A stretch of DNA of 52,781 bases from an uncultured Candidatus Cloacimonadota bacterium (GCA_964631665.1 CAZVXK010000002.1:1-52781), one strand, 5' to 3'; shown: positions 37,093 through 47,204, counted from the stretch's first letter. Numbers and translations: made by a program. The notes: generated from the sequence alone by a model not told the origin.

Positions 37093-38691
37093 CTACAGGA
37101 TGGTGTCGATCAGGAAGTGGGCGTCGTCGCGCCGGGGCTTGTCGATCAGGAAATGAGCGCCCCGGCTTTCCCTCCGCATCAGGGCGCTGCGCACCACGGC
37201 AATGGCGATGATGGCCAGATTGCGGGTTTCCACCACTTCCTTGCGCACTGCGTTGTGCTGGTAGAAGTTGTTGATCTCGTTGTAGATGTTTTCCAGGCGG
37301 GAGAGGGCATATTTGAGCAAGCGCCGCGAACGCCTGATCCCGGCATAGCCTTGCATGATTGTGCCGATGATCTCACGGTTGTGGGAGATCACCACCCATT
37401 CGTTCTCGTTGAACTCCGCCTGTTGTTTCCAGGGCGGGATCACCGGAAAACGCACCTCTTCCTGGTTGGAGGGATGGTTTCCGGCATGCCAGGCGATCAC
37501 CAGCGCCTCCAGCAGCGAGTTCGAGGCCAGGCGGTTGGCACCATGCAAACCGGTGCAGGCAGCCTCTCCGGCGCAGAACAGGTTGTGGATGTCCGTGATC
37601 CCCTCGATGGTGGCAAGCACTCCGCCACAAAAGTAATGAGCCGCCGGCGCCACCGGGATGGGATCGCGGGTGAAATCCAGGCCATTCTCCAGCAAGCGTT
37701 TGTTGATGTAGGGAAAATGCCTCAGCAGGATATCATGGTCGATCCCCGTGGCATCCAGATAGCAGAACTTTTCGCCCCGGCGTTTCAACTCGGCGTCGAT
37801 GGCACGGGAGACCACATCACGCGGCGCCAGGTTTGCCCGGGGATGGTATTGCTCCATAAAGGCGGAACCATCGCTGAGGCGCAGGATGGCGCCCTCCCCG
37901 CGCAGGGCTTCCGTGATCAGGAATGTTTCTCCGGCCGGGCTCCAGAAAGCGGTGGGATGAAACTGGACAAATTCCATATTGGCCAATCGCGCTCCCGCCA
38001 GGCGCGCCATGGCCATGCCATCTCCGGTGGCCACCTCGGGATTGGTGTTGTGGGCATAAATGCGGGCAGCACCTCCGGAGGCCATCATTGTCTTGCGGGC
38101 CCGGAAAATGTGAACTTCGCCACTGGCGGTGTCCATCACATAGGCGCCCCAGCAGGAGATCCCCGGAATGAAACCCCGGTCCTGCAGAATATGGTGTTGG
38201 GTGATCAGATCGATGGCGATGTGGTTTTCAAAGATATCGATATTGGAGTTCTCCCGGCAGCGGGAGATCAAAGCCTGCATGATCTGGTGCCCGGTGGAAT
38301 CGGCGGCATAGGCCACCCGGCGATGGGTGTGCCCACCTTCCAGGGTGAGGGAAAGATTTTCCAGACGCCGGTCATAGCTGTCCGCGCGGCGGGTGAAGTC
38401 CGTGCCCAGATCGACCAGGTATTGGATCAGCTTCGGCCCGTCCTCGATGATCCGGCGGATCACCTGTTTCTTGCCCAGAGCCGCCCCGGCTTCGAAAGTA
38501 TCTTCGATGTGCTTTTCAAAGGAATCCTGCTCATCTAGCACGGCGGCGATCCCGCCCTGGGCATAATCGGTATTGCAATCGAACAGGCTGCGTTTGCACA
38601 CTACCGCCACTTTCCCCTGGGCGGAAACCTGCAGGGCATAGACCAATCCGGCAATACCACTGCCGATCACCAGAAAATCATAGTCCTTCAC
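37093..38691 (-). CDS. nadB: L-aspartate oxidase
   Basis: GSGIAGL, AQGGIAA, EGGH, QFHPT, EALRGEG, GLHGANRLASNSLLE, RESRGAH. Confidence 0.94.
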   Translation of the reverse strand: MKDYDFLVIGSGIAGLVYALQVSAQGKVAVVCKRSLFDCNTDYAQGGIAAVLDEQDSFEKHIEDTFEAGAALGKKQVIRRIIEDGPKLIQYLVDLGTDFTRRADSYDRRLENLSLTLEGGHTHRRVAYAADSTGHQIMQALISRCRENSNIDIFENHIAIDLITQHHILQDRGFIPGISCWGAYVMDTASGEVHIFRARKTMMASGGAARIYAHNTNPEVATGDGMAMARLAGARLANMEFVQFHPTAFWSPAGETFLITEALRGEGAILRLSDGSAFMEQYHPRANLAPRDVVSRAIDAELKRRGEKFCYLDATGIDHDILLRHFPYINKRLLENGLDFTRDPIPVAPAAHYFCGGVLATIEGITDIHNLFCAGEAACTGLHGANRLASNSLLEALVIAWHAGNHPSNQEEVRFPVIPPWKQQAEFNENEWVVISHNREIIGTIMQGYAGIRRSRRLLKYALSRLENIYNEINNFYQHNAVRKEVVETRNLAIIAIAVVRSALMRRESRGAHFLIDKPRRDDAHFLIDTIL

Positions 38692-39131
38692 GGAGTGTCC
38701 CCTTCAACCGTTTTCACCATCACCAAGGCGTCCTCAGCAGGATTGGTATAGTAAGCCCGCCGCAGGCCCAGGCGCTGGAAGCCGAACTTGCGGTAAAGAT
38801 TCTGGGCAGCGGTGTTTGAGATCCGCACATCCAGATAGAAATAACGGATGCTCCGCTTCACCAATTCCTTCAAAGAATAGTCCAGCAGGGCAGTGCCCAA
38901 TCCTTGGTTCTGATGGCAGGGATGGATGGCTAAGTTCACGATGGTGGTCTCATCCAACACATTGTGGCACATGATGTAGCCCAAAACCTTCTCCTGATCG
39001 CAGATCACCCAGGCGGTGCCCATCATGAAATCGCAAAAAGCCTCCTCGGGCCAGGGATTGGAAAAAGCCAGGTTTTCGATGGCAATCACCTGGGGCAGGT
39101 CGCTTTGGCTGAGCTCGCGGATCTGGTGCAT
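38688..39131 (-). CDS. rimI: Ribosomal protein S18 alanine N-acetyltransferase (GNAT)
   Basis: IE..AF..PW, QNQGLG, LDVRISN..A..LY, RRAYY...EDALVM. Confidence 0.9.
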   Translation of the reverse strand: MHQIRELSQSDLPQVIAIENLAFSNPWPEEAFCDFMMGTAWVICDQEKVLGYIMCHNVLDETTIVNLAIHPCHQNQGLGTALLDYSLKELVKRSIRYFYLDVRISNTAAQNLYRKFGFQRLGLRRAYYTNPAEDALVMVKTVEGDTP

Positions 39132-39155
39132 GGCAGGCCATGGCAGAGCTGCCGG

Positions 39156-40808
39156 TCACATCTTTTCCGGCGCACTCACACCCAACAGGTAGAGGCAGAT
39201 TCCCAAAGTGGTTTTCACGGTCTCGCTCAGTAGCAAACGCGCCCGCGTGAGCTCACGGTTCTTTTCACTGACCACCTGATACTTGTTGTAATAGCGGTGG
39301 AACAGGCCGCAAAGCTCCTCGGTGTAGGTGGCCAGCCGGTGGGGTTCGCGATGGAAGGCGATCAGTTCCAGCAATTCGGGCAGGTCGGTCAGTTTGCGGA
39401 TCAGGAGCAATTCCTCTGGTTTGTTCAGCTTGTGGGTGTGTTCCTTGCGGAAGGCGCGAGGCATGATGCGGTCCTTCTTCGCCTTCTTCAGGATGCTGCA
39501 GATGCGGGCATGGGCATACTGGCAATAATAGACCGGATTATCGTTGTTCTTTTGGAGCGCCAGTTCCAAATCGAAGTTCAAGTGGGCATTGGCCTTGCGG
39601 GCAATGAAGAAATAACGGGCGGCATCCTTGCCCACCACGCTCACCAGGTCGTCCATAGTAACGATCTTGCCGGCGCGCTTGCTCATCTTGATGCGCTCGC
39701 CTTCCTCAAACAGGTTCACCTGCTGCAGGAAAATGATCTCCAGCATGTCGTCGTCATAACTCAGTGCCTTGAAGGCAGCCTTCAGGCGTGGAACATAGCC
39801 ATGGTGGTCGGGACCGAACACATCGATCAGCTTGGTGAAGCCGCGCTGGAGCTTGGTGAGATGGTAGGCCAGATCGGGCACGAAATAGGTGATGGAGCCA
39901 TCGCTTTTCATCAGCACCCGGTCTTTGTCGTCGCCGAATTTGGTGGAACAGAACCAGATGGCTTCATCCTTTTCATAGGTGCAATCCGCCTCATAGAGAT
40001 AGCTGAGCACCTCCTCCACCACACCCTCCATGCGCAGGGTTTTTTCGGACACCCAGCCCTCGAAATAGACATCAAATTTCTCCAGACTGAGGCGTTGCAT
40101 TTCCAGCAATTCATTGAGGGCGAATTCCTTCAGATGTTCGATGCGGTCTTTCTCCGGCATCATGAACACCCGCACGCCCTCAGCGGAATTCAGCTTGTGG
40201 GCCAGGTGCTTCACATAGTCGCCATGATAGGCCTCATAGGGAAATTCCCCGATCTTTTCGCCGTGGAGTTCCCTCAGCCTCAGCTCCAGTGATTCCGCCA
40301 GGATGTCCACCTGGTTGCCGGCATCGTTGATATAGAACTCCCGGGCAGGGTTGTAGCCCACCTTTTTCATGATGCGGTAAAGGGTGTCGCCAAAAGCCGC
40401 GGCGCGGGCGCTGACGATATTGAGCGGCCCGGTGGGATTGGCGCTGACGAATTCCAGCAGCACCTTCTCCCCCTGCCCAAATTCCGAATTGCCAAAATCC
40501 ATGCCCAGGCTGTGCACATCCCACAGCGTTTTCTGGTAGAAGGCAGAAGAGAGATGGAAATTGATGAAACCGTGCCCGGCAAGCTCCACCTTCTTATAGA
40601 ACTTGTTCTTCTTCAATTCCTTGATCAGGAGTTCGGCCAGGGCTTTGGGCGTCTTTTTGTTTTCCTTGGCCAGCACCATGGCGGCGTTGGTGGAGAAATC
40701 CCCGAATCCGGGGTTGTTGGGTATCTCCACGATGAACTCCCGCTCGTGCTTCAGCCCAAGCAAGTCCAACACTTCGATGATGTGGTCATGCAGTGTGGTT
40801 TTTATCAT
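39156..40808 (-). CDS. argS: Arginine--tRNA ligase
   Basis: EFVSANPTGP, EFYINDAGNQ, GPDHHGY, KMSKRAG, YCQYAHARICS. Confidence 0.95.
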   Translation of the reverse strand: MIKTTLHDHIIEVLDLLGLKHEREFIVEIPNNPGFGDFSTNAAMVLAKENKKTPKALAELLIKELKKNKFYKKVELAGHGFINFHLSSAFYQKTLWDVHSLGMDFGNSEFGQGEKVLLEFVSANPTGPLNIVSARAAAFGDTLYRIMKKVGYNPAREFYINDAGNQVDILAESLELRLRELHGEKIGEFPYEAYHGDYVKHLAHKLNSAEGVRVFMMPEKDRIEHLKEFALNELLEMQRLSLEKFDVYFEGWVSEKTLRMEGVVEEVLSYLYEADCTYEKDEAIWFCSTKFGDDKDRVLMKSDGSITYFVPDLAYHLTKLQRGFTKLIDVFGPDHHGYVPRLKAAFKALSYDDDMLEIIFLQQVNLFEEGERIKMSKRAGKIVTMDDLVSVVGKDAARYFFIARKANAHLNFDLELALQKNNDNPVYYCQYAHARICSILKKAKKDRIMPRAFRKEHTHKLNKPEELLLIRKLTDLPELLELIAFHREPHRLATYTEELCGLFHRYYNKYQVVSEKNRELTRARLLLSETVKTTLGICLYLLGVSAPEKM

Positions 40809-41151
40809 GTCGTTCTGCCTTGTGGCTCTTTATCTGTTCAAACAATTCATCTATTTTGTAATAATCACGCGTTTCGGAGAGGAAGATATGCACGATCACG
40901 TCCCCGATATCGATCAGGACCCACTGCCCATATTCGATGCCGGCTTTGCTGAGCACGCCCAGGCCTGCCGCCTTGGCCATCTCCACCACGTGGCTGGCGA
41001 TCGCCTTGTTGTGCAGATCGGCGCTGCCTTCGCAAACAATGATCAGATCAGTGTAATCGCTCCGTTCCTCCACATCATAGACGCGGATGTTTTCGGCTTT
41101 CTTGTCGGTCAGCCATTGCATGATGGCTTCCAGCTTGATCTTGTCTGCCAA
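40786..41151 (-). CDS. rsfS: Ribosome silencing factor
   Basis: DKKAENI, WVLIDIGDVIVHIF, RDYYKIDEL; TTG start with AGGAGG. Confidence 0.93.
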   Translation of the reverse strand: MADKIKLEAIMQWLTDKKAENIRVYDVEERSDYTDLIIVCEGSADLHNKAIASHVVEMAKAAGLGVLSKAGIEYGQWVLIDIGDVIVHIFLSETRDYYKIDELFEQIKSHKAERHDKNHTA

Positions 41152-41164
41152 TATATCCTCCTGC

Positions 41165-41611
41165 TTATTTTTTCATAAAATCTTCGTAATCCTGCCCCAG
41201 GATGATGTTGAACGGGGCTTCCGGATTGTCACTAACCGCCAGGGTGAAACGCATGATCCCGGTCATCTTCTGCAGACGCTTCAGATCCTGCTCGTCCCCT
41301 CCCGTGACCACGATCAGGGACTTGTTGTAGATCGGTTTGGGCGTGTCGGTCAACCTGATCACGTCTATATTCTTATCTTTGATATGATCCGCATAGGTGG
41401 CGGCGAGCTGTTCATAACCGCAGCCGTTACTGATGATCACCTTGATCGCAGGCATGGTCTTTTCTTCGTCGTGTTTCTCAAAATCCAGGGGAATGTATCC
41501 CTTGACCAGGATCACCGCGATCAGCGCAATTATTAGCGCCACAATCACAAAGACAGGCCAGCGCCGTTTGGGAGACAAACTATCGGGCGGGGTGTTTGTT
41601 GTCAAACTCAA
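41165..41611 (-). CDS. LytR C-terminal domain membrane-anchored protein
   Basis: N-terminal TM segment; IKVIISNGCG..LA...IILGQDY; TTG start uncertain (41611 or 41605). Confidence 0.75.
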   Translation of the reverse strand: MSLTTNTPPDSLSPKRRWPVFVIVALIIALIAVILVKGYIPLDFEKHDEEKTMPAIKVIISNGCGYEQLAATYADHIKDKNIDVIRLTDTPKPIYNKSLIVVTGGDEQDLKRLQKMTGIMRFTLAVSDNPEAPFNIILGQDYEDFMKK

Positions 41612-41615
41612 TGCA

Positions 41616-42119
41616 CTATTCCTTGGCAGACAGAAGCTTGGCAAATTCCTGGCGCAGGAGGGAATAGCTGCGCTCGAAGGATTCGGGGATCACCCGTTCA
41701 CCGCTGACCACCGTAATGAAGCTGCTGTCGCCGATCCAGCGGGGTACCAGGTGCATATGCAGATGTTCCTCGATCCCGGCACCGGCTGCCCGGCCCACAT
41801 TGATGCCGATATTGATGCCGTCGCAGTTGTAGACATTGTTCAGAGCCGTTTCGGCAAGCTGCATCAGGGAGGTCAATTCCTGCAGAGTAGCGGAAGGAAG
41901 TTCCTCCAGCCGGCTGGCGTGCAGATAGGGCACCAGCATGATGTGGCCGTTGTTGTAGGGATAGCGGTTCAACATGGCATAGCAGTGGCGCCCGCGGTGG
42001 AAGATGAGGTTCTCCTCGTCCTTGCCCAGATCCTGATAACGGCACAGGATGCAATCGCCGGATTTTTCCCCCAGAATATAGTCCAAACGCCAGGGTGAAT
42101 AGAGATAGCGGTCATTCAT
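41616..42119 (-). CDS. HIT family hydrolase
   Basis: PWR..YI, CILC, NRYPYNNGH, HLHMHLVPRW; start moved to MNDRY. Confidence 0.92.
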   Translation of the reverse strand: MNDRYLYSPWRLDYILGEKSGDCILCRYQDLGKDEENLIFHRGRHCYAMLNRYPYNNGHIMLVPYLHASRLEELPSATLQELTSLMQLAETALNNVYNCDGINIGINVGRAAGAGIEEHLHMHLVPRWIGDSSFITVVSGERVIPESFERSYSLLRQEFAKLLSAKE

Positions 42120-43140
42120 AGCTTGATTCTTCCAACACGCTCTCACCCCAGGCAACGATATGGTGCTCCGGGATATGGGCATTGACCAGGATGTTATAAC
42201 CCTCCAGAATGCTGTCGTTGCACACCCGGCTGTGTTCGATCAGGCAGTTGGGTCCGATCTGGCAACCGCTTTCCACCAGGGTCCTGCCCCGCAGGATGCT
42301 GCCCTGCCCGATCTCCACATCTGGTTCCAGGATCACCTCATCGTCAATATAGACCGTAGTGGGATTATGGATCACCACACCATTGTTCAGCCAGTGGCGG
42401 CGAATGCGGTTGATAAATTCGTCCTCCAGTCCGGCCAGTTGCTCCTGGGAATTGACCCCCGCCACTTCCATCAGGTCGTTCAGCACCACCGCAGCCACCT
42501 TTCGATCCAGGGCATAGAGGATGGAGACGGTGTCGGTGAGGTAGTATTCCTTCTGCTGGTTGGAATTGGAAATCTGCTGCAAAGCCTGATAGAGATCCCT
42601 GGCCCGGAAGCAGTAGATACCGGTGTTCCATTCCTTGATCTGGCATTGCTCAGCGGTGGCATCCTTGAATTCCACGATGCCCATCAGGCTGCCAGCGGCG
42701 TCCCGCAGCACCCGCCCATATTTGCCCGGGTCATCCAGAAAGGCGGTAAGCACGGTACAAGAGGCGTTTTCGGCTCGATGGCCCGAGATGATCCGCTTCA
42801 GTGTGTGTTCGCTCAACAAGGGGACATCGCCGCTGAGGATGAGGATGTCCCCCTCATGGTCTTTCAGCAAAGGCTCGGTCATCATCACAGCATGTCCGGT
42901 GCCCAGTTGCTCCGCCTGTTCGACGAATTGGATGCGGTCGTCCTCATCCAGGCAGGCGATCACGCTGTCCTTTTGAAAGCCCACCACCACGCAAATGCTT
43001 GTGCAATCGATGCTGATGGCGCTGTCCACCACACGCTGGATCATGGGTTTCCCGGCCAGGGGGAAGGTTACCTTGGCGCGTGATGATTTCATTCGGGTAC
43101 CCTTTCCGGCGGCGAGGATGATCGCTGCAAGGGTGCTCAT
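42112..43140 (-). CDS. glmU: GlmU-like UDP-GlcNAc pyrophosphorylase with shortened left-handed beta-helix
   Basis: LAAGKGTRMKS, QLGTGHA, GDVPL, YGR, EYYLTD, GVNS; only 342 aa. Confidence 0.82.
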   Translation of the reverse strand: MSTLAAIILAAGKGTRMKSSRAKVTFPLAGKPMIQRVVDSAISIDCTSICVVVGFQKDSVIACLDEDDRIQFVEQAEQLGTGHAVMMTEPLLKDHEGDILILSGDVPLLSEHTLKRIISGHRAENASCTVLTAFLDDPGKYGRVLRDAAGSLMGIVEFKDATAEQCQIKEWNTGIYCFRARDLYQALQQISNSNQQKEYYLTDTVSILYALDRKVAAVVLNDLMEVAGVNSQEQLAGLEDEFINRIRRHWLNNGVVIHNPTTVYIDDEVILEPDVEIGQGSILRGRTLVESGCQIGPNCLIEHSRVCNDSILEGYNILVNAHIPEHHIVAWGESVLEESSYE

Positions 43141-43613
43141 GGTTTTACCTCCGTTGATTCCAGTTCCCGCAGGAGCTGGCAGTAACTTTTATGGAAAATG
43201 GGATGCACGAGGCCGGGAGCGACCTCGCAGAGCAGCCTCAGGGCAAAGGCGCGGTTATGCAGGTCAGGATGGGGAAGGCTGAGTGTTTCCGTATTCAGAA
43301 CCAGATCATTGTAATGAAGAAGATCGATGTCTATCACGCGGGGTCCCCATTTCTCCGCTCTGACCCTGCCCAGTTCATGTTCGATCCTTAGCGCCACCCG
43401 GAGCAGTTCCTCCGGTTGATGATTAGTATTGATCCACAACACCTGATTGTGAAACCGGGGCTGCTCGGTCAAACCATAGGGCTCGGTTTCCAGCACCTGT
43501 GAGCTGGCCAGCAGCTCGATCTCAGGATCGGCGGCAATGAGGTCGCGGGCTTGCGTGATCTGCATCACCGGATCGCCCAGATTGGCCCCCAGGCAGAGGT
43601 AGGCTTCGTTCAT
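43137..43613 (-). CDS. folK: HPPK (6-hydroxymethyl-7,8-dihydropterin pyrophosphokinase)
   Basis: LGANLG, ETEPYG, WGPRVIDIDLL, LPHP...RAF. Confidence 0.95.
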   Translation of the reverse strand: MNEAYLCLGANLGDPVMQITQARDLIAADPEIELLASSQVLETEPYGLTEQPRFHNQVLWINTNHQPEELLRVALRIEHELGRVRAEKWGPRVIDIDLLHYNDLVLNTETLSLPHPDLHNRAFALRLLCEVAPGLVHPIFHKSYCQLLRELESTEVKP

Positions 43614-43966
43614 CGGCTGCGGCTCAGCTCCACTTCCACCGAGCCCAGGCTGCCCTGGATCGGCACCGAGGGTTTCTTGATGCAGATCATAACCTTCTGG
43701 AGCATGGGGAAATCCGCCAGCAGCTTGTCCGAGACCACATTGGCACAGGCTTCCAGCAATTGGAAGGAATGGGATTCCATGATCTCCCGGATGTCGTGAA
43801 AGACCTTGGTGTAGTCCACCGTATCCTCCAGATGGCGGATATTCTTGTCCTGCGCGGGATCGGTAAACAGCTGCACTGTAACCACAAAGCGCTGTCCCAG
43901 TTTGCGTTCCTCGTCGTGGACGCCGTGATAGCCATAGAATACCATCTCGTTCAGGCGGATGATCAT
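43610..43966 (-). CDS. folB: Dihydroneopterin aldolase
   Basis: FYGYHGV..EERKLGQRF, TVDY, LLE, KP. Confidence 0.95.
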   Translation of the reverse strand: MIIRLNEMVFYGYHGVHDEERKLGQRFVVTVQLFTDPAQDKNIRHLEDTVDYTKVFHDIREIMESHSFQLLEACANVVSDKLLADFPMLQKVMICIKKPSVPIQGSLGSVEVELSRSR

Positions 43967-44373
43967 AGCTTCCTCCCGATCCTCACCTGCAAATGTTTTC
44001 CAAATCTGCGGTCAATGCATCTGACCATGATGAAACCAAGCGCCATGCTGGCAAAGGCGATCCCGATCGAAGGCAGTTCCGCCAGGAACCGGGCGGCGAT
44101 CAGAAATCCGGCAAACAGGAAGGCCAGCGGCACTGCAAACACCAACAGGGCAGACATCACACGCGTGGCATCGGCGATCTCCAGAGTAACGCGGTCCCCC
44201 GCTTGCAGGGGAATTTCGGATACCAGGTCAAACACCGCCGGGGTTTTGCGGCTGAAGCACATCCCCTGCAGCGAGCAGGACTTGCAGCCTCCACCGCGTT
44301 CCACTTCCACTTTCACCCGGTTCGCCTGGGTGGAAACCACCACGCCGATGTCTTCCTGTGCCGGTTGTTCCAT
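43963..44373 (-). CDS. rseC: RseC/MucC family (SoxR-reducing system) protein
   Basis: CKSC....C motif, GDRV, two C-terminal TM segments. Confidence 0.82.
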   Translation of the reverse strand: MEQPAQEDIGVVVSTQANRVKVEVERGGGCKSCSLQGMCFSRKTPAVFDLVSEIPLQAGDRVTLEIADATRVMSALLVFAVPLAFLFAGFLIAARFLAELPSIGIAFASMALGFIMVRCIDRRFGKHLQVRIGRKL

Positions 44374-44375
44374 GC

Positions 44376-44882
44376 TCAGACCTTCCTCTGGGATGAACCA
44401 GAGCGGTTGCTTTTTAAAATCCTGTCAATGATGGCGGTGGTGGACACGCCTTCCCGGAAATAGATGTTGTGGACTCTGCCACCTTTGGCCACTACGATGT
44501 CTGAGCCCACGATCTCCTCCACCGGCCAGTCCCCGCCTTTGACCAAGATGTCAGGTTCGATCAGCCGGATCAGCTCATAGGGCGTATCCTGTTCGAACAC
44601 CACCACATAGTCCACGCTTTCCAGTGCCGCCAGCACCAGGGCACGCTCGTCCTGAGGGACGATGGGACGATGCTTGCCCTTCAGCCGCTGCACGGAGGCG
44701 TCGCTGTTCAAACCGATGATCAGAACGTCACCCAAGTCCCTGGCTTGTTCCAGATACTCCACATGCCCGGCATGCAGCAGATCGAAGCAGCCATTGGAAA
44801 AGACGATCCTTTTGCCCCTCTGGTGCAGATCGCGGGCGATCCGGGAGATCTGATCCCAGGAAGCTATCTTAGCCTTGCTCAC
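44376..44882 (-). CDS. rfaE2: D-glycero-beta-D-manno-heptose 1-phosphate adenylyltransferase (HldE domain II)
   Basis: NGCFDLLHAGH, GLNSDASV, VKGGDW, STT. Confidence 0.93.
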   Translation of the reverse strand: MSKAKIASWDQISRIARDLHQRGKRIVFSNGCFDLLHAGHVEYLEQARDLGDVLIIGLNSDASVQRLKGKHRPIVPQDERALVLAALESVDYVVVFEQDTPYELIRLIEPDILVKGGDWPVEEIVGSDIVVAKGGRVHNIYFREGVSTTAIIDRILKSNRSGSSQRKV

Positions 44883-45840
44883 GATAGGAATCCAAGATCT
44901 GTTGGGAACTCACACTGGCGGTCCCCTTGATGCCGCAAACCACGCCGGCGGCATGGTTGGCGATCTCGGCCGCCAGATGAATATCCGCTCCGCTGGCATA
45001 GGCCAGGGTGAGGGCGCTGATCACGGTATCGCCGGCACCGGATACGTCAAAAACCTCACGGGCATAGGTGGGCAGCAGTTTGGGGGCATCGCTGCCGTCG
45101 AAAATATAGAGCCCCAGGCTGCCCCGGGTAATCACCAGATATTTGATCCGCATCTGGCGGCGCAGGTTTTCCGCCGCCTTAATGAAGGCGGCCTCGTCCT
45201 CGAACACCTGTCCCAGATTGGTCTGCATTTCCTTGTAGTTGGGCTTGAAGATGTCCACGCCCAGATAGGAGAAGAAATGCCTCTGCTTGGGATCCACTGC
45301 CACCGGAATCCCCTGCCGGAAGGCAAGCTCGAGGGTGGCGGTGATCACCGGCTGGGCCAGCACGCCTTTGTTGTAATCCTCGATGACCAGGGCGGAGCAG
45401 TCATTCAGGCTTTGCCGGATGCGAACGATCAATTCCTCTGCCACCAGCTTATCCACATCGGTTTTGGTCTCATAGTCGATGCGCACGATCTGCTGGTTCG
45501 CAGCAGCGATCCGGGTCTTCAGGGTGGTGGAGCGGGAGGGGTCGGTTACCAGGAAACCGGGATCGATGCCCTGTTCTTCGAGCAACTGATGCAATCTATT
45601 GGTAGCAGTATCTTTACCGGTTACTCCGATTAGCACCGCCTCCGCCCCCAGGGAACTCAGGTTCAGGGCAACGTTGGCAGCGCCGCCCAGACGGTATTCC
45701 TCGTTCTGCACTTCGATCACCGGCACCGGCGCTTCCGGAGAGATGCGTTCCACATTGCCCCACACATAGTGGTCGAGCATCACATCGCCCACCACCATCA
45801 CCCGCTTGCCGGCAAAGCTGTCCAGCAGGTCTTTGATCAT
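44869..45840 (-). CDS. rfaE1: D-glycero-beta-D-manno-heptose 7-phosphate kinase (HldE domain I)
   Basis: GDVMLD, RISPEAPVPV, GGAANVA, DYNKG, DVSGAGDT; start moved to MIKDL. Confidence 0.93.
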   Translation of the reverse strand: MIKDLLDSFAGKRVMVVGDVMLDHYVWGNVERISPEAPVPVIEVQNEEYRLGGAANVALNLSSLGAEAVLIGVTGKDTATNRLHQLLEEQGIDPGFLVTDPSRSTTLKTRIAAANQQIVRIDYETKTDVDKLVAEELIVRIRQSLNDCSALVIEDYNKGVLAQPVITATLELAFRQGIPVAVDPKQRHFFSYLGVDIFKPNYKEMQTNLGQVFEDEAAFIKAAENLRRQMRIKYLVITRGSLGLYIFDGSDAPKLLPTYAREVFDVSGAGDTVISALTLAYASGADIHLAAEIANHAAGVVCGIKGTASVSSQQILDSYREQG

Positions 45841-47204
45841 GTTTCCTCCAGGGGATAGTCGCCGTCGAAGCAGGCATAGCAATAATCGGCGGGGCTTTCC
45901 ACACACTTTCTCAATCCGGTGATGTCCAGATGCCTCAGGCTGTCCACTCCGGTACGTTCGCGTATCTCCTCCAGGCTGAACCGGTTGGCCACCAGTTCCT
46001 CCCGGGTGGGGGTGTCGATGCCATAATGGCAGGAATGGCACACTTGGGGCGAGCCCACCCGCAGGTGGATCTCAGCGGCGCCGGCGTTTTTGATCATCTT
46101 CACGATCTTGCGAATGGTGGTGCCCCGCACGATCGAATCATCCACCAGCACCACGTTTTTGCCGGTGAAGAAATTGGGCAGGGCGTTGAATTTCTGCCGC
46201 ACGCTTTCATCGCGGATAGTCTGCTCCGGTTTGATGAAGGTGCGCCCGATATAGTGGTTGCGGATCAGCCCCAGCGATAGTGGTATGTCCCGGGCTTCGG
46301 CATAGCCCAAGGCAATGAAATTGGAGGAATCGGGCACCGGAATCACACAATCCGCCGCCAGGCCTGAATCTCCCTCCGCCAGTGCGGCGCCGATCTTCTG
46401 CCGCACTTCGAAAACATTCTCGCCAAAGTGATGGCTGTCCGGACGCGAAAAATAGATCTGCTCAAACACGCAATAGCGGTTGCTGCGCTGGCTGCGGTAG
46501 AGGTTGGGATCGTTTTCGATCACGGTGATGCCCTCGCAATTGATCCGGATGATGCCCGCCGGTGGAACTTCAGAGCGCTGCACTGCGTCAAGGGTGTCCA
46601 AAGCGCAACTTTCCGAAGCCACCACCACAGTTCCGTCGGCGGTTTTGCCCCACACCATGGGACGTATGGACAGCGGATCGCGAAACATGTAGAGCTCGTC
46701 CCGGGTGGAAAACACGCTGGAATAGGCGCCTTTGACCTCACCCATCAGCAGCCGGATGGCATCGATGATGCCCTGCCCCTGAGCCAGCTGCCAGGCGATG
46801 TATTTCACCAGCAGTTCGCCGTCGTTGTCGCTATTGAAATATACATTTTCCGCCTCTAGCTTGCTTCGCATTTCCGCATAATTCACCAGATCGCCATTGC
46901 TGGCCAGGGCATAGGAGGGCCCGAACAGGGTTTCCACCAAATGGGGCTGGGAATTGAAGCGGGTGGCGGTTCCCTTGGTGGGATAACGCACATGCCCGAT
47001 GGCGATATAGCCAGGCAGTTGGGCCAGACATTCATCGCTGAATACCTCTTTCACCAGTCCCATGCTTTTATGCAGCCGGATCAGCTTGCCGTCGCTGACC
47101 GCCATGCCACAGCTCTCCTGCCCGCGGTGCTGTTCCGCGAACATCCCCAAAGCCGCCATCCGGGATGCCTCAGGGGAGCCAAAAACGCCAATGATGCCAC
47201 ACAT
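45837..47204 (-). CDS. purF: Amidophosphoribosyltransferase
   Basis: MCGIIG, QHRGQE, GHVRY, YFSRPDS, VDDSIVRGTT, CYAC. Confidence 0.95.
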   Translation of the reverse strand: MCGIIGVFGSPEASRMAALGMFAEQHRGQESCGMAVSDGKLIRLHKSMGLVKEVFSDECLAQLPGYIAIGHVRYPTKGTATRFNSQPHLVETLFGPSYALASNGDLVNYAEMRSKLEAENVYFNSDNDGELLVKYIAWQLAQGQGIIDAIRLLMGEVKGAYSSVFSTRDELYMFRDPLSIRPMVWGKTADGTVVVASESCALDTLDAVQRSEVPPAGIIRINCEGITVIENDPNLYRSQRSNRYCVFEQIYFSRPDSHHFGENVFEVRQKIGAALAEGDSGLAADCVIPVPDSSNFIALGYAEARDIPLSLGLIRNHYIGRTFIKPEQTIRDESVRQKFNALPNFFTGKNVVLVDDSIVRGTTIRKIVKMIKNAGAAEIHLRVGSPQVCHSCHYGIDTPTREELVANRFSLEEIRERTGVDSLRHLDITGLRKCVESPADYCYACFDGDYPLEET

